DNA from: Amphiscolops sp. MND2022
Lineage: Eukaryota
NCBI GenBank assembly: GCA_964187785.1
Contig: OZ076409.1
Span: 67,024,001-67,088,000 of the forward strand
DNA: 64,000 bases
Reading direction: 5' to 3'
In this document: piece after piece, positions 1-12,652 of the stretch
How positions within the stretch are numbered: position 1 is the first letter of the stretch
Layout: each line of letters opens with the position of its first letter
Translations under genes and position numbers: made by a program
The notes under the pieces: model-generated
What the model was told of the DNA's origin: nothing
The model's input: the letters and a program-made list of their open reading frames with translations, nothing else
The model's database searches: none

Positions 1-38
1 GAGCTGAACTCGAGAGACAACAGGCGTTCGCGCCTGCC

Positions 39-392
39 ATGCTGGCACCCACAATGGCCATGTCACTAAGTCAGCCCATCGACCGGCCCGTGACTCTGGA
101 TTTGCCCACTCATATTCTGCAGCCAGAGCCTGTGAGTCCACCATCGACACAGGCCAGTCCTCAGTCATCGCAACCCCAAACCGGAGAACACGCCGCTGAA
201 CTGACCCCTAACACTATCCTGGTGCCGCCGATCGCCGATTTAACGCTCCCAGAAGACCTATCAGACTCGGAAACAGTAGTTACTGTGGTTCCTGCTCAAC
301 GTAGAGCGTCAGTTGCGTCGGAAGATGCCAGCAATCCAGGAACTCCCGATGATGCCATAAAGAATCGAGCTCGACGCAGCTCAGCCCAATAA
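39..392 (+). CDS. Low-complexity Pro/Ser/Thr-rich ORF fragment, probably the C-terminal tail of the pol ORF of an LTR element lying upstream of the window
   Basis: GC-richer open frame ending TAA at 392, followed about 450 bp later by a purine tract and a TG...CA block. No diagnostic domain is visible. Confidence 0.35.
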   Translation: MLAPTMAMSLSQPIDRPVTLDLPTHILQPEPVSPPSTQASPQSSQPQTGEHAAELTPNTILVPPIADLTLPEDLSDSETVVTVVPAQRRASVASEDASNPGTPDDAIKNRARRSSAQ

Positions 393-855
393 ACCCTGCC
401 GCCAATGGGAGCGTTCGCGCTCCCTATAGACTCTAAACTCTGCCGAAACTGTGCCTTCAAACTTATCGCTTTAACCGGTGCTACCCGTACATGGTGCAAT
501 TTTTTGTTCATAGTTATTACTTAGTTACTGTACTGTTAGTAATGCGCTGGGTGTACGGCCAATAGAGTGCGCCTGCCCCAGCTGCTTCGCCTACGAAAGT
601 AAAAAAGAATCTATTACCAAAGAAAAACTGTTATTTCTGTTGCGCACCGTTCGCGGTGTTTTTGAGTTGCCATAGTCAAGAAAAAGTCTTAGCCTTTTAG
701 TTACGATTTTTGCCGTTTTTCCTTGTGTTTTGGTGTTCAAGCATCTTCTATCGACTGTCTAAGGAGTAGCCGAAACGGCGCCCTCCCAAAACAAGTTTTA
801 CGTTGTCCGAAATTGACCGAAAACTGTAAATGTCAAGTTGCATAAAAAAGGAGAT

Positions 856-1881
856 TGTAGCTGACCTTGGTCGCAAAAGATTTTTTTAGCGAAAACTGCT
901 TGCCCAAACGAGTTTTAACCGACTGAAAACCTTAGCTCTCGAGCTGGTGCTAAAACCTCGTTTGCATTTTTGTACAAATACCCAGGCAGTAAAGTTTTCC
1001 TTGAAAAAAAACCGCGAAATTTGACAAAAATAGTTGCTGAAAAACAAGGACTCGTCCTTGTCCCCTGTGGTGTGGATGATGGTTCCCAGCAGTCACTGCG
1101 ATGCCGTTTCCAGACGAGGCCAGATGCCGCTTGCCAGGGACGACAAGCCAGAAGCCCGGGGAGTGATGTAACGGCAACTGCCCATGTCAAAATTTTCGAA
1201 GCAAAAATTCGTTCAAATCTGACGTGGCACTCAAACATGCTCCAGACGAAAGACCTGTCAGAAAAGCAGATCAGAAATCAGAAATCGCCCCCCGCGAGAG
1301 ACGACGAGAAGAGAAGACGTAGAAAGCAGTCCCTAGAACACGGTGATGTGCCCATCTTTGGCGTTTACACTACGTAGGTAACAGAAACCGGTGTTCCAGA
1401 TGCTCGCCTGAAGATCCTGCGGTGTCCGGTGCGGTGACGAGCGCTAGCGCTGGGAAGCCATGGTCGATTCGCTCCTGTTAAATAACTCGAACTTGTGATA
1501 TTGTTATGTCTATTGTGCTTTCCTTGTTGTAGTAGATTGATATGCTCGAGAGCTGCCCATTTACATCTATGGTTACCCCTTTTTGATGTCGATTTTATCA
1601 GATTCTCCAATACTATGGCTCAACATCCTCCTGTTTTCAGTCCCTTTTTTAAAGGCTAATTGAGCAGTGGTCTTGAGACATGCAAGATGCCCGTTACTTT
1701 TAGCAGTTACAGACTAGGACCAGGCCAGAGAGTTTCCAACAAGACGGTTCCCCCACCTTGGGACTGGCTCCTTCGGAGGGAAAATGAGCTAGGGCCGCGG
1801 AGATCTAAGTCCCGGATTATATTCGCTGTTCTAGTTCCTCCACTCTACGTTGCGGTTCAAGCGCCAGCGCTTATCGTTACA
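856..1881 (+). mobile_element. Probable 3' LTR (about 1.03 kb) of an LTR retrotransposon whose body is mostly outside the window
   Basis: Polypurine tract AAAAAAGGAGA (844-854) just before TGTAGC at 856; block ends GTTACA at 1881 (imperfect TGTARC terminal inverted repeat); sequence turns abruptly AT-rich afterwards. The partner LTR is not in the window. Confidence 0.55.
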
Positions 1882-2479
1882 TAGTGTTTATTTTTTTTTT
1901 CTAAAACATACAAAAGCTGTGATTTAATTGTGTCATAGCAACAAAAAAGTTTTTTGTTGCCGCGTTATGTCCTTTTCTTCCAATAACTCCGAAAAGCGCA
2001 CCAAAATAGCTACGGAATAGCCAGCTGGTTTTTCATTGATGTATCTGGATCATTTACGCTTCCTTCCAAAGCGTTCAAAAAATGCACAACAGTTGCTCTA
2101 AAAATCGAAATTCGGAAAATGTTAGTTTTTTTGGTAATTTGGGGTCATTATTTTCCAACAAAGTGTTTCAGAATTCTCTCTGAAAATGCCTCATGGATAG
2201 CTGTTGGTTTCCGTATTGTAACTTTGTGGATATCCAAGCACAAGAAAATAATCGGAAGCTGTAACAACAAAGTGTTAAAATATCATTTGTTTGGAAGTTT
2301 TTGACTCGCTTGGTGTCATTTTGTTCGTCATAACCAAAAGAGTCCAAAAATCTACCAAAACTTATCGCACGAAAATAAGTCCATGTTAGTTGAAGGCGAT
2401 GGGAGAACTCCTTTTTTTTGGGTTTGATATTGGAACATGTTCATGTTTGGAAAAAAAAGTTTAATAAAAAAGTTTTGAA

Positions 2480-2885
2480 ATTTTTTCCGAAAAAAAGTAT
2501 TTTTTAGGTCGCACAATGCCGAAAAACTCAAAAAGAGGCCATTCAGGCTCATTCAACGTTTTCTACAAACCGAAAATTTCAAAAAAGTGCAAGGGGGTAC
2601 CCTTTGATAAATTTCAAAAATTTTCGAAAAAAGTCACATAGTGCCGAAAAAAAACCCAAAGGGGGGACCCTTTGGTCTCACCTGTACTTTTGGAAGCATT
2701 AAAAAATTTATGGTTTAGTGCGAGAATCGAACCCACGCTCTCCGGCTGGGTCGAAGATGGAAGATGAACAAATTGTAAGAAAAGTGGACCACTCAGAGTG
2801 AGATTGTCAACTGAAAAAAAAACAAAAAAACTACTCACTGTAATAGTCGGGCTTTTTTCCTTAAAGGAAAAGGCGCCGACTAAAA
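2480..2885 (-). mobile_element. HINE/DINE-1-like non-autonomous element, partial copy in tandem with the next one
   Basis: Ends on + strand with the palindromic terminus tagtcgggcttttttccttaaaggaaaaggcgccgactaaaaa; internal aaagggg(g)accc repeats. Left boundary approximate. Confidence 0.6.
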
Positions 2886-3379
2886 ACAAGACGCGAACGT
2901 CTAAAGTCGGCGCTATATCCAAGGCTCAAAATGCGCAAAAGACTTTTTTTAAAAAAAACTTGAAATTTTTTATTTTTTTTCTTTCAGAAAATGTCGCATA
3001 GTGCCGCAAAATGTAAAAGGGGGGACCCTTTGGGCTTTATTACCATATATTCTGTTGCAAAATATCAAAAAACTCGAAAGGGGGACTCTTTTAAGACTTT
3101 AAAAATTTTCGAAAAAAGTCGCTCAATGCCGAAAAAAAAATCGAACCTTTTAGTCTCGTCCGGTTTTGTAGGTTACGGTAAAAAAGTAAAAAATGAAAGG
3201 GGGGACCCTTTTGCACTAATTTCCGCTGACCGGACTTGGCCTCTTATGCTAGTAGTTTTAGTAGTTTCGATTGTAAGAAAAGTGGCCCAATCAGAGTGAG
3301 ACTGTCTGACGAAAAAAAGAAAAAAAACTAGCCACTGTAAGAGTTGGGCACTTTTCCCTAGAAAAGCGCCGACTAAAAA
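2884..3379 (-). mobile_element. HINE/DINE-1-like non-autonomous rolling-circle element, complete copy
   Basis: Minus strand reads TTTT-AGTCGGCGCT plus an adjacent inverted repeat ... AGCGCCGACT-TT-hairpin AGACG-TTCG-CGTCT-TGTTTT. Asymmetric subterminal inverted repeats, a 3' stem-loop and T-run flanks match the Helentron/DINE-1 layout. Confidence 0.7.
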
Positions 3380-4045
3380 TAACGCATTTGGCGGAGAAAA
3401 GCAAAACAAAAAGAGCAACGGTGAGCAATTAGACCTTTGTGACCTTGAGCAAGTCGCTTTGAAACCACAGATTCAAGCCGAACATTGCTTGACCACTTGG
3501 CTGCAAATATGGTACAATAGCTTGATATGGGGAGATAGTATCTGAAAGGAAAGAGCGCCGACTTTTGCGATGCCGAGCTTGGTAAGCGATCAGCTTTCTG
3601 GAAACCAGCAGGTCTAGCGATGCAGTCAACTTGTTCACTGGTTCTAGAATTTGCTATTCAAAATACTAGGTTTTTTAGAATGATATGCTGTTTTCGCTAA
3701 ATGAATTCATTATAAAATACTTTGTTCATGAAATTAAACTGAGATTTGAAAATGTCAATTTTTATTGAGTTCTCCATGGAATGTTGATAAATTACGTTGC
3801 GAAAATTTCCTGCAAAAAGCAGTTGAAATAAATGTCATAGATATTGTGAGAAGTGACATTTAAAGTTGATACCATGAAAAATGCCTGAAAATTTTACCTA
3901 AAAAGGTGAAAAAGTTATTTGAACCGGCAGTGAGTTGGTTGAAAAGCTCGCAGTACTTTTCAAATATCCATTGAAGAATGAAAGTTTTTCATCTGACTTT
4001 ATTGATTTCTAAAGTTTTAGATTGTCTAATATTAAAGCCGATTGT

Positions 4046-4426
4046 AAACAAGCCGGGACCGGCCCAAGTGGACGCCATATCTAAGGCTCAAAAATAGTAA
4101 AAGGACTCAAAATGTCAAACTATTGGTGAATTAGGGACCTTTTATGAAAAAAAATTGAAAAAAGTCTCGCAATGCCGAAAAAAACTGAAAAGGGGCCCTT
4201 TTGTCTCGTCCGGTATTTTATTTACGCGGGAAATCTTTTTGGTTCAGTTCCTTGGGCCAACGGGTACAATTTGGCGGCTTCTTAAAATTTTGTAGAACTT
4301 TTGGGGTAGAACTGTTTTGGTCACTTCAGGTGTATCGAAAAAAAATTAAAAAAATTTTAAAAAAGACACTGACGAAAAGCCATGACTATAGTCAACTCTT
4401 TTCTCTAGAAAAGCGCCGACTAAAAA
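4046..4426 (-). mobile_element. HINE/DINE-1-like element, second subfamily
   Basis: + strand starts aaacaa-GCCG-ggac-CGGC-ccaagtggacgccatatctaaggctc and ends ctcttttctctagaaaagcgccgactaaaaa. Confidence 0.65.
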
Positions 4427-5604
4427 GTGTAACTTTGCTTCAATGATTGCATAATTGTACAGTTAATCTTTGCTGATTGTCGTTAAAAAGTTATAAAAAT
4501 CAATTTTGAAAATATTCTATTCTGTTGAGGATTCTCAAGAATGGTCGTTAAAAATGAAAACAAACCCAAGTGCTCCCATTAACAAAAGTTTTACTAAAAG
4601 AAAAACGAATTTGTTCTTACCTGTTGTTGGCACTGTGCGGCTACTGTGTAAGAATGGAAAAGAAGAAAGCTAGCTGGTAGAATTTAAAGTGTGCTTCTTC
4701 AAAGACACTCGGTTCAAAATTGCAGAAAAGTTCTGAGCTTTGAAGTTGCGCAAAACAATATCCTCTAAAAAGTTCAAAGCCGTGATGGCAATCCAAGTTA
4801 ATGTGTATACAAAAGCCCAATGCCCAATCTAATTATTCTTCTGTCTAAATTGCGCAGATGTTAATGATGGTATTTTGTCTGGAGAGCAAAACAGATTAAC
4901 TCGAGAGTCGCCGCTCAAAAAACACCATGGAAGGGTGGAGGGAAATTATAGAGGGAGTATCTTGCAATTCGATGTACTTCCGCAGAACGAATTGTAACAA
5001 TTGTTGCAAACATCCAATACGAATTTTGAAAAAGTAATGTGTCTTTTATTGTAAACTTGAACGTTTGAATACATTCTTGTATTGTACGTAGTATTGTAAC
5101 GAGCATGTTCTAGCGTAAAAATAATGAAGTTATATAGAAACTTCAGGATAACATTTATTGTAGATACATGAAATCGGTGAAAAAGTACATCAACGCAAAG
5201 AAGGATCACTTGATGTCCAATTTGATTCTAAAATTAATTCAGAATGAAGAAGCTCTGTACAAAGCAACAGTTTCAAGACACTTCTTTCTCGAAAAATGCC
5301 GTCAAATGTCTTTAATTTCATATCTTGGGCTCAATAAAAAATTGAATTGCCGAAAGTGATACATATTAAAAGTTTAGTTAGAACCACTTTTACTCTTTCT
5401 TTGCTGACAATTTGCTGCTTGTTTGCGTTTGGTACGAAACGAATATTTGAGAAACGTGACTTTAACGACTCGCTTCTGGTACATCTTTGAATTTATGGAG
5501 CCGTGTCGAAGGATTATTTGAGTCCCATTCGAATCCCACCGAGACCGAAGCGTGTTTGGCCGTCCTCCTTTCCTTGTTGAATAAATCATAAAACCATTGT
5601 GCCA

Positions 5605-5746
5605 TTATACAGCCGGCAGAAAGAGGCATGACTCATCGAATCGAATTGTAACGTAGTCTGGACGCCTTTGACAAGAGCGTGCCATAAACATTACTAGCAC
5701 AAAAACATCTTCAATAGAACCATGATTAGAGGAGTCTCCGTGTCTA
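5605..5746 (-). CDS. Probable last coding exon of the unknown host gene (RHGDSSNHGSIEDVFVLVMFMARSCQRRPDYVTIRFDESCLFLPAV*)
   Basis: Strong polypyrimidine acceptor ttttgctttccttcctcttcag; 1 nt plus 47 open codons to TAA; phase 2 matches the donor at 11917/11916. Confidence 0.6.
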
Positions 5747-8700
5747 CTGAAGAGGAAGGAAAGCAAAAATCACAGAAAAAGTACTAAAAAAGACAAATAA
5801 AATGGTCATTTTTGGAATATTTTGAATTTTTAAATTTTCTGCAAGGGTCATTGGACGGATGAACTTATGAACTTGTCTCGACGTTCAGTAAGATAGGAAG
5901 TTGGCAAAATTTTGCTGTTTCTTTATGATTTGGCTTTAAACGTTCCCATAAAAATGAATTTAATTTTTTAATATTGATTGGTTTCAGAGTAGGAAGAAGT
6001 GGTTTTGGACGTTCAATCCCCCCCCCCCCCCCCAGGTACACCTTGTTGGGAACCCCCCCCATAACACGAAAGCACATTTTGTTCTTGAATAGAAATATTT
6101 CACTATTAGGAGAATGTTATAAAAATGTGAAACAATGGGGAAAAATTGAACACATGGTCCGGGTCCGTGGTTTTATATTTTCAGTCAGCTTCAGAAAATT
6201 TTGAAAAAATCCCCAAAACTTCAGAAACTTTTGAAACAAAAAAAGACACAAGGCCCAGCTGCACTATGGTACTTTTCGTATCATGTTACAACGCGGACTC
6301 ATTTTCTCAGCAACGAAAAATTAGCAAATAAAAGTGACGGACTAATTTAAATATATTAAATGCTACTTGTGAATTGAAACTTGATTTTAAAAAATACGAT
6401 TGAGAATTTGAGAATTCCGGATAATCTATCCAAAAATGGCCTAATAAAAATACAGTTTTAAACACTTTTCGAAGTATTCCGCTGGTAACTGCTGCAAGCT
6501 AAACAAGCATTTTACGACGAATTTCTTCGAATTAAGGAGAACATGTATTGATTGCTTGAAATCATCGAACCTTTGATTTGTCGAAGATTTGAAAGATATG
6601 ACTTCACACTCGAAAAGTTTTCTCAAAATTTTTTACTAGTGAAAACCGTTACTCAAAGAAAACTAAATGCTTCTGTGGAAGCTTTCGGTACTTTTCAAGA
6701 CATTATGGCGACCACATTCTCTTAATCGAAGACTCTTAGGAAATGAATAACAACGAGGAAACATAAATTAGGATGATTTCTCCGAGAAAATTTGGTCGGA
6801 AAATGATATTTTTATTTCATCTCAAAAACACTAGAAGAAGAATATATTTGAATAAATTAATCTCAGGGGCCCCGAATGGCTACGTTAAAGAAATGAAAAG
6901 CGCATAGAGAGGAGAAATCCAGACAATATCCAAAAACCTGTACGTTCAGCTGAATTTAGTTTCAAATTGGATCCAAGGAAAATAACAATCGCTTGACTGG
7001 CAATGACAACCAAAAAATATCTGAAAATCTGCATCATTTAGAAGTCTTCCGGAGCCACGTTTGTGGAGTGAAAAGAAAGCCGGTTCCAGATTTTGAATTC
7101 TTCACGTTCAATGGTCTCAGTGTAAAGTGATCTTTTTCGGGATTAGTTTCATCTTTTCAAGTTATCTCCTCTGATGGTAATGTCGTTTCAAAACTAAATG
7201 TACAATGCCATTTATCAAAATTTAGATTCGACTTTTGCCATTTCAACCTATTAAACTTTCAACCACACGGAATTTCAATCGCATGCCATTTCAGGTTGCA
7301 AACTCGAAAAACACGTCCTTGAATTTTACGAAACAAAGGTTTTTGTGTTATTTGCAAACGTTCTAAATTAGTTACATAGACTTCCACTCATAAACGAATT
7401 CCATGTTTTCCTTCAGGAAGAGCATTACGCTTAAATATCGAGTTCCGCAAAACTCAGAAATCCGCATCTACTACAGTTCAATCACCAATACCAAACCAAA
7501 CAGTCGAGTTGGAATCAATTTTTGAACAAGAATCATTCCCACAAAACAAACACATTAACTCAACGGCAAAAAACGACGAACCTACAAAATACTTTAATGG
7601 AACAATACTTCATTATTCAATCGAATAAAGTCATTGAGAGAATTTTGTGATTACTTGGCGCTTCAAACAAACTCCAGCTGTTGGCCCTGTATTCGATATG
7701 ATTTCCTTGTAACTTAAAAAGACGCTGTGATTCATTCTTGGAACCACTGGAATTTTTAAATGAACGCAACTTTCAAAAAATTTGACATATTTGTTTTCGT
7801 AATCAGAAATACTTTTAGGAAGTGACGTTGCCTTTGAATTGCGGATGAATTTGATGTGGGTTAAAATCGCAAAAATGTGAACGGATGAAGTTGCGAACTG
7901 TCGAATTTGTGGAAAGACAAAATGAAAGCGTTTGAAATGGCATAAGGTGGAACTACAAAATATTAAGTGACAGGGCTTCAAAAGAACCATCTTTAAAATA
8001 AGTTTTAATCTCTAAGAAGTTTGTAACAGAAAAAACTTTTGATTAACACATATCATGAGTAACCTCTATATATCTATATTAAACACAAACTTCAATTTGC
8101 TTTAGTTTCTAGGATTTTGTTTAGTTCTAAGTTGGTGTTGAATGGCTCAGCTGTGGTGGATACTTGGAATATTTTCAATTTCATTTTTTTTTCAAACTTT
8201 GTGAACTCTCAGTTTCAGCTCAAATGTTCATTTTTTCGTTTCTTACAGTTTCTGCCTGGAACTGCTAGTTTCCAAAGATTTTTTTCTTCTTTATGTATGA
8301 ATTAGAGCGGGAATATGCGTGACTGGGGATCGGAAAAAGAGCACGTGGTATGGAATACCTCGTTTGACCATTTTTAAAGACAAACGAAAGCCGAGGGTAA
8401 CACGTTTGGCTTCTTTCCTGCACTCGCAACTTTTTTTTCGAGAAAACCATTTTCCAACAGCGTTAGTCTAAGGTCTAAAATGCATCCATATTTCCTGAAG
8501 GTTCCCTTTTCCCCAATTTTTTCTTACCACTGTGCTAATTACCAATTTTTTGTTCCATCGAAGGTTCGCGGATGGGGTTGAAATTCGCGGGTATTTTTGG
8601 CTTTTTTTCACTGAAAAGTCCCCATGGGCGTGAAAACATTCGGGTACAATATGTGGCCAAATCACCTTTGCGTAGAAAAATTTGCAGTTTTAGCAAGTTG

Positions 8701-9590
8701 TATATTAAAACATTTTTAGCAAAAAGGAATATTCGAATACTCCAGGGTGGCATTTAGCATCAAACACGGGGTAGGAACAACAAGACGCCCCTGTGCACTG
8801 GGATATTTTCAGCCTTCAAATGCGGGTTTTTTTTCGAACCTCCGCCTCCTCCTTAATGTAACGCAATATAGCTCGGATATAACGTAAAAAAAGTCGGATA
8901 TAGAGCAATAATTTCGAACCTCCACTTCCTCCTTAGTTAAACGAAATACATGAAACGAAACGAATCATGAATGAATAGCAAGTAACTAAAATAGTCAAGT
9001 AACTATACCCTGGTTGGAAGTTCTTGAACTTTACAAGTTTTTGTAGGCTACCTAGCTAAATTTTCATGATTTTAAAAAAATCTCCACGAACGAGACTTCC
9101 ATGCATTAAATTTTCACTGATTCAATGTAATTTTATCAAGCTGCCTATAAAATGCATCCGAACTTTGGCGGAAATTCCGAGACAGTTTTGCAGGTTCCAC
9201 TGGGATTCCTTTCTAATTTTGAAAGCAGCTGTGACCTCACTAATTTTACCACGATTTCAAGGCAAATAAACATCGTCACAGTATAAGTTTCAAAGTAGCG
9301 TCATATTCAGCGTGCTATTTGACTAACGGTGATTACAGAAGATATTTACTTGAGAAACTTACGCGTGAAAACAAAATGATCGCAGCGGTGAAGAAGTGGA
9401 ATTGTTTTCAGTTTGAATTGAAGTAGTGGAAGCTGCATTGTAATCCTTCAAAATTGCTCCATGCGTGCTTTCAGTTTTTTTTGTTTATCAAAAATATAGA
9501 TTGCATGCATGTATGCAACATGGAAAACGTTTCGACAGGTTCGACTCGGGTATAAAATAGTCAAGTAGTTAAAATAGTCAAGTGATGTAG

Positions 9591-9810
9591 ATCGTGGAAA
9601 AAGGCCCCCGGGTTTCCCTCCCATACAAAAACAGGTCAATCATAGTCTGCCATCATACTCACAGTATGATTCCAGGCCAATCATACTCTCGACCATATAT
9701 GATTCCAGGCCGATCATGGCAAGATCATAGTAAGGAAATTTGTATGATTTGTATGGTACCATGATATGGTCAAATTATGATCGACCTGGTCGGGAAAACC
9801 GGGCCACGAT
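9591..9810. mobile_element. MITE-like element with imperfect terminal inverted repeats
   Basis: Left atcgtgg...cccgggtttccctccca...caggtcaatcata versus the reverse complement of the right end atcgtggcccggttttcccgaccaggtcgatcata; internal direct repeat tatgattccaggcc twice. Confidence 0.5.
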
Positions 9811-10165
9811 TTAAGGAGAAAACAAACTTGGCTTTCTTGAAGATTAAATTGCACAGGAAGCAGGAAATCATTAAATTCATAGCAGAATACGTGAAATCAT
9901 TACATTGTTGACCTTTTAAAAGAAAAACTAAGGCTAAGAAAATCAAATAAAAGATTTGATTTGAGCCCTTAAAAAGTTCTCCATAGCCTGAGCAGCACAA
10001 ACTATGAAACTTTACTATATAAAAACAAACAACGTGCGATGATTCTGATGAACTGTTTTAAAACAACGAAATTTGTTGTTTTAGTGTCGATACACAGCAA
10101 TGGGTGATGAAAACAAGCAGGGAAAAAGACATGAAAGTATCAAACTCACAAAAAGAGTATCAATT

Positions 10166-10649
10166 TCACGAAAAACCCAAACGACCGAATTGGCGCGCCC
10201 CTGGCGCTTTAAAAGGGGACCCTTTCGAATTTTTTAACATCCATTGTTGCAAAAAAATTGAAGGGGGGACCTTTTGGTGAAAATTTTTGTTTTTCGAGAA
10301 ATGTCTCACAATGTTGAAAAAAACTGAAAGGCGGTATCCTTCGGGATTTTTCAACATCCTTTCTGTCGCCAAGCATCAAAAAAATGGAGGGACTCTTTGA
10401 GGAAAAAAATTCGAGAAAAAGGTCTCACAGTGCCGAAAAAACCTGAAAGGGGGACCTCGCACGGTACTGTATGTTAAGCGAAAAAACAGGAAAAACCTCT
10501 TTGGTTCAGTTCGCTGGGCGAAATGGTTCAATTTGACACCATAGTATTTCGTAAATCTTTTGAAGAACTATTTTGGTCAGATCGTGTGGATTGGAAAAAA
10601 AGAGTCACTATAATAGTCGCGTTTCACTTCATGAAGCGCCTGCTAAAAA
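10166..10649 (-). mobile_element. HINE/DINE-1-like element, truncated
   Basis: Internal aagggggaccc repeats and terminal palindrome tagtcgcgtttcacttcatgaagcgcctgctaaaaa. Confidence 0.55.
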
Positions 10650-11287
10650 TTGTAGGAGAGTTACATGAAACCTCGTAAGTAATCTCATTAGGCCAGGTTC
10701 ACACAAAGACACTTTTTTGGGGTCTTTCGAAACGGCAATTAGGGCGCTATTTTCTCGATTTGAATTATATGTTTATTTGGATATTAAATACAGTCAAAGC
10801 TCGTGTTTCATGCTGCGAATTGTGCACAAGAAGTGGAAGGCTCTGATAGTCTCAGTTTGAGAGAAATTCCATCAAGCATTGTTATTTGAGTCTTTCGAAC
10901 GATTTTAAACATTCATGTTCTTCCTGCATGCCATAAACATAATACCCTCTTATGACAGGCATTCGATCATAAATGTTTCAAATTCCACATTTTATTCACG
11001 TTTCACATGTCTGGATACGGATATTCAAATGGTATTGTTGTTTGCTAAATAACTTTAAATTGCTGGCTAGTTGCTAAGTTAGTTGGATTTCGTTAATGGC
11101 TAGAAGTCAGGTTTATATTAATTCGCACTTTTTCGACATGTTCAATTATTCACAGTCGAGTGTTCAAGATTGATTTTTGTCAAGTTAGGGTTAAAGAGCT
11201 GAATTGCCTGTTCGAAGAAGTTCAAACATCTCGAGTTTTTCACCTGTGAAAAACCCCGGCTTGCGTCTGATTAGCAGATATCCTTAC

Positions 11288-11308
11288 CTCTCTTTTGTCT
11301 TTTCATAT
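11288..11308 (-). CDS. Possible 21-nt micro-exon of the host gene (YEKTKE)
   Basis: cag|ATATGAAAAGACAAAAGAGAG|gtaagg; symmetrical phase 2-2 and stop-free in the frame of the flanking exons. Confidence 0.3.
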
Positions 11309-11916
11309 CTGTTTGTATAGTAAGATGGACATAGGACCAAGGACCGACACAACTTTGAACCGCCTAGCATAGATATTCAAGTCATATGTTACAGCGGGAG
11401 CTCGCTTCTAACCATTGTCAAGCTTCTGTATTTTGTCTTTTTGAGCAAAGATAACACTGGTTTCAGGTAAACACATAGAATGGTTACAAATAAACAGTGT
11501 TTGGGTCAACGGAATAGGAAAAAAAGTTTTTCCGGAGAGCGTTTTCGTAACTTTATATGCATATTTGCATGAAATAGTTCCTAGATCTTTAGATATTTTT
11601 AATCTAAATTTTTCTGACACCTTTTTTGTCAAACTTTTGAGGCGCGAAGGTGACAGAAGGCGTATCATTACAGAATACGAACATCTAAATCTGATTCATT
11701 TCGGGACACTTGATGAGCTCATCTAGCAACTGTGCCATGAAATTTTTTCCAAGTTCACTCATGATGAATTTTACGAACAGATTGACATATAAAAGGGAAA
11801 AGATTCAAAGCACTCAAACTTTGAGTGTCGTATTCATGTATACTCTCGCGCGTTTCAAAAAATTGCGTTTGCCTTCAAGGAGAAATAAAATTCGAAACAT
11901 TGATTTTGCAACTTAC

Positions 11917-12190
11917 CCACGCTGTTGTTGGCGTTGTTTTTCAGCCAGAGCGCTGGGGTTAGATTCAGAGTTACATCCAGAGTTCATAGTCCAGTCATTC
12001 CTTAGGCACTGACGCATTCCAACACATTTGGTGCCGATGAGCCGGAGTTCCTCCAGTGAACTTGAACTGGAATCATGATGCTTGGTGCCATCCATGGCTA
12101 AAGCCAGAGCGAGATCCAGGGCCTCGTTACGTAACTTGTCCAGCTCCGTCAGACAATGTGAACATTTTGGGCGCTGTTTCAATGGAATCA
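11917..12190 (-). CDS. Internal coding exon of the unknown host gene (IPLKQRPKCSHCLTELDKLRNEALDLALAL...)
   Basis: GC-richer island, open frame, acceptor ccctgccgacag| and canonical donor GG|gtaagt. Contains a CxxC motif; family not recognised. Confidence 0.7.
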
Positions 12191-12652
12191 CTGTCGGCAG
12201 GGTGAGCAAGGATTATCAGATACAAGTTACATATAGCTCGCAGACTGTTCTTACTTCATATTTTCTAACGTGTTTTGACTGATCAAGCTAATAATGAGAG
12301 ACCAATAGTTTCATTGGAAAACATTTCTGAAGAAAAATTTAAGAATTTTTGGTATCTTTGAAGGTTCTTGGCATTTTGTATGAATCTGAAAAACTTTGAA
12401 ATTTTCTAAAGGCATGGGGAATTTTGTTCCAAACATTTCCATTTTTGGCTGCAAGTTTTAAATATTTGGGTTGACCCCTCAACACGTCTCAGATGAGAAA
12501 AATTCAAGGCCTTTTATAATGAAACAAAATAACTAATCCACGTTTAGTTGCAAAAAATATTGGTAAGTTAGGACTAATTAAAACACGTGATTGTTATTAT
12601 AACCTCAAGTTATGAAATCCTCAAGTTTTGATGAAAACTATTATGATAATCC

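Noticed and set aside
970..1377. 135-aa ORF and overlapping ORFs
   Set aside because: They lie inside the putative LTR, start at a non-ATG codon and show no motif.
6018..6060. C-runs as a possible G-quadruplex
   Set aside because: Homopolymer tracts typical of small repeat ends, with no supporting context.
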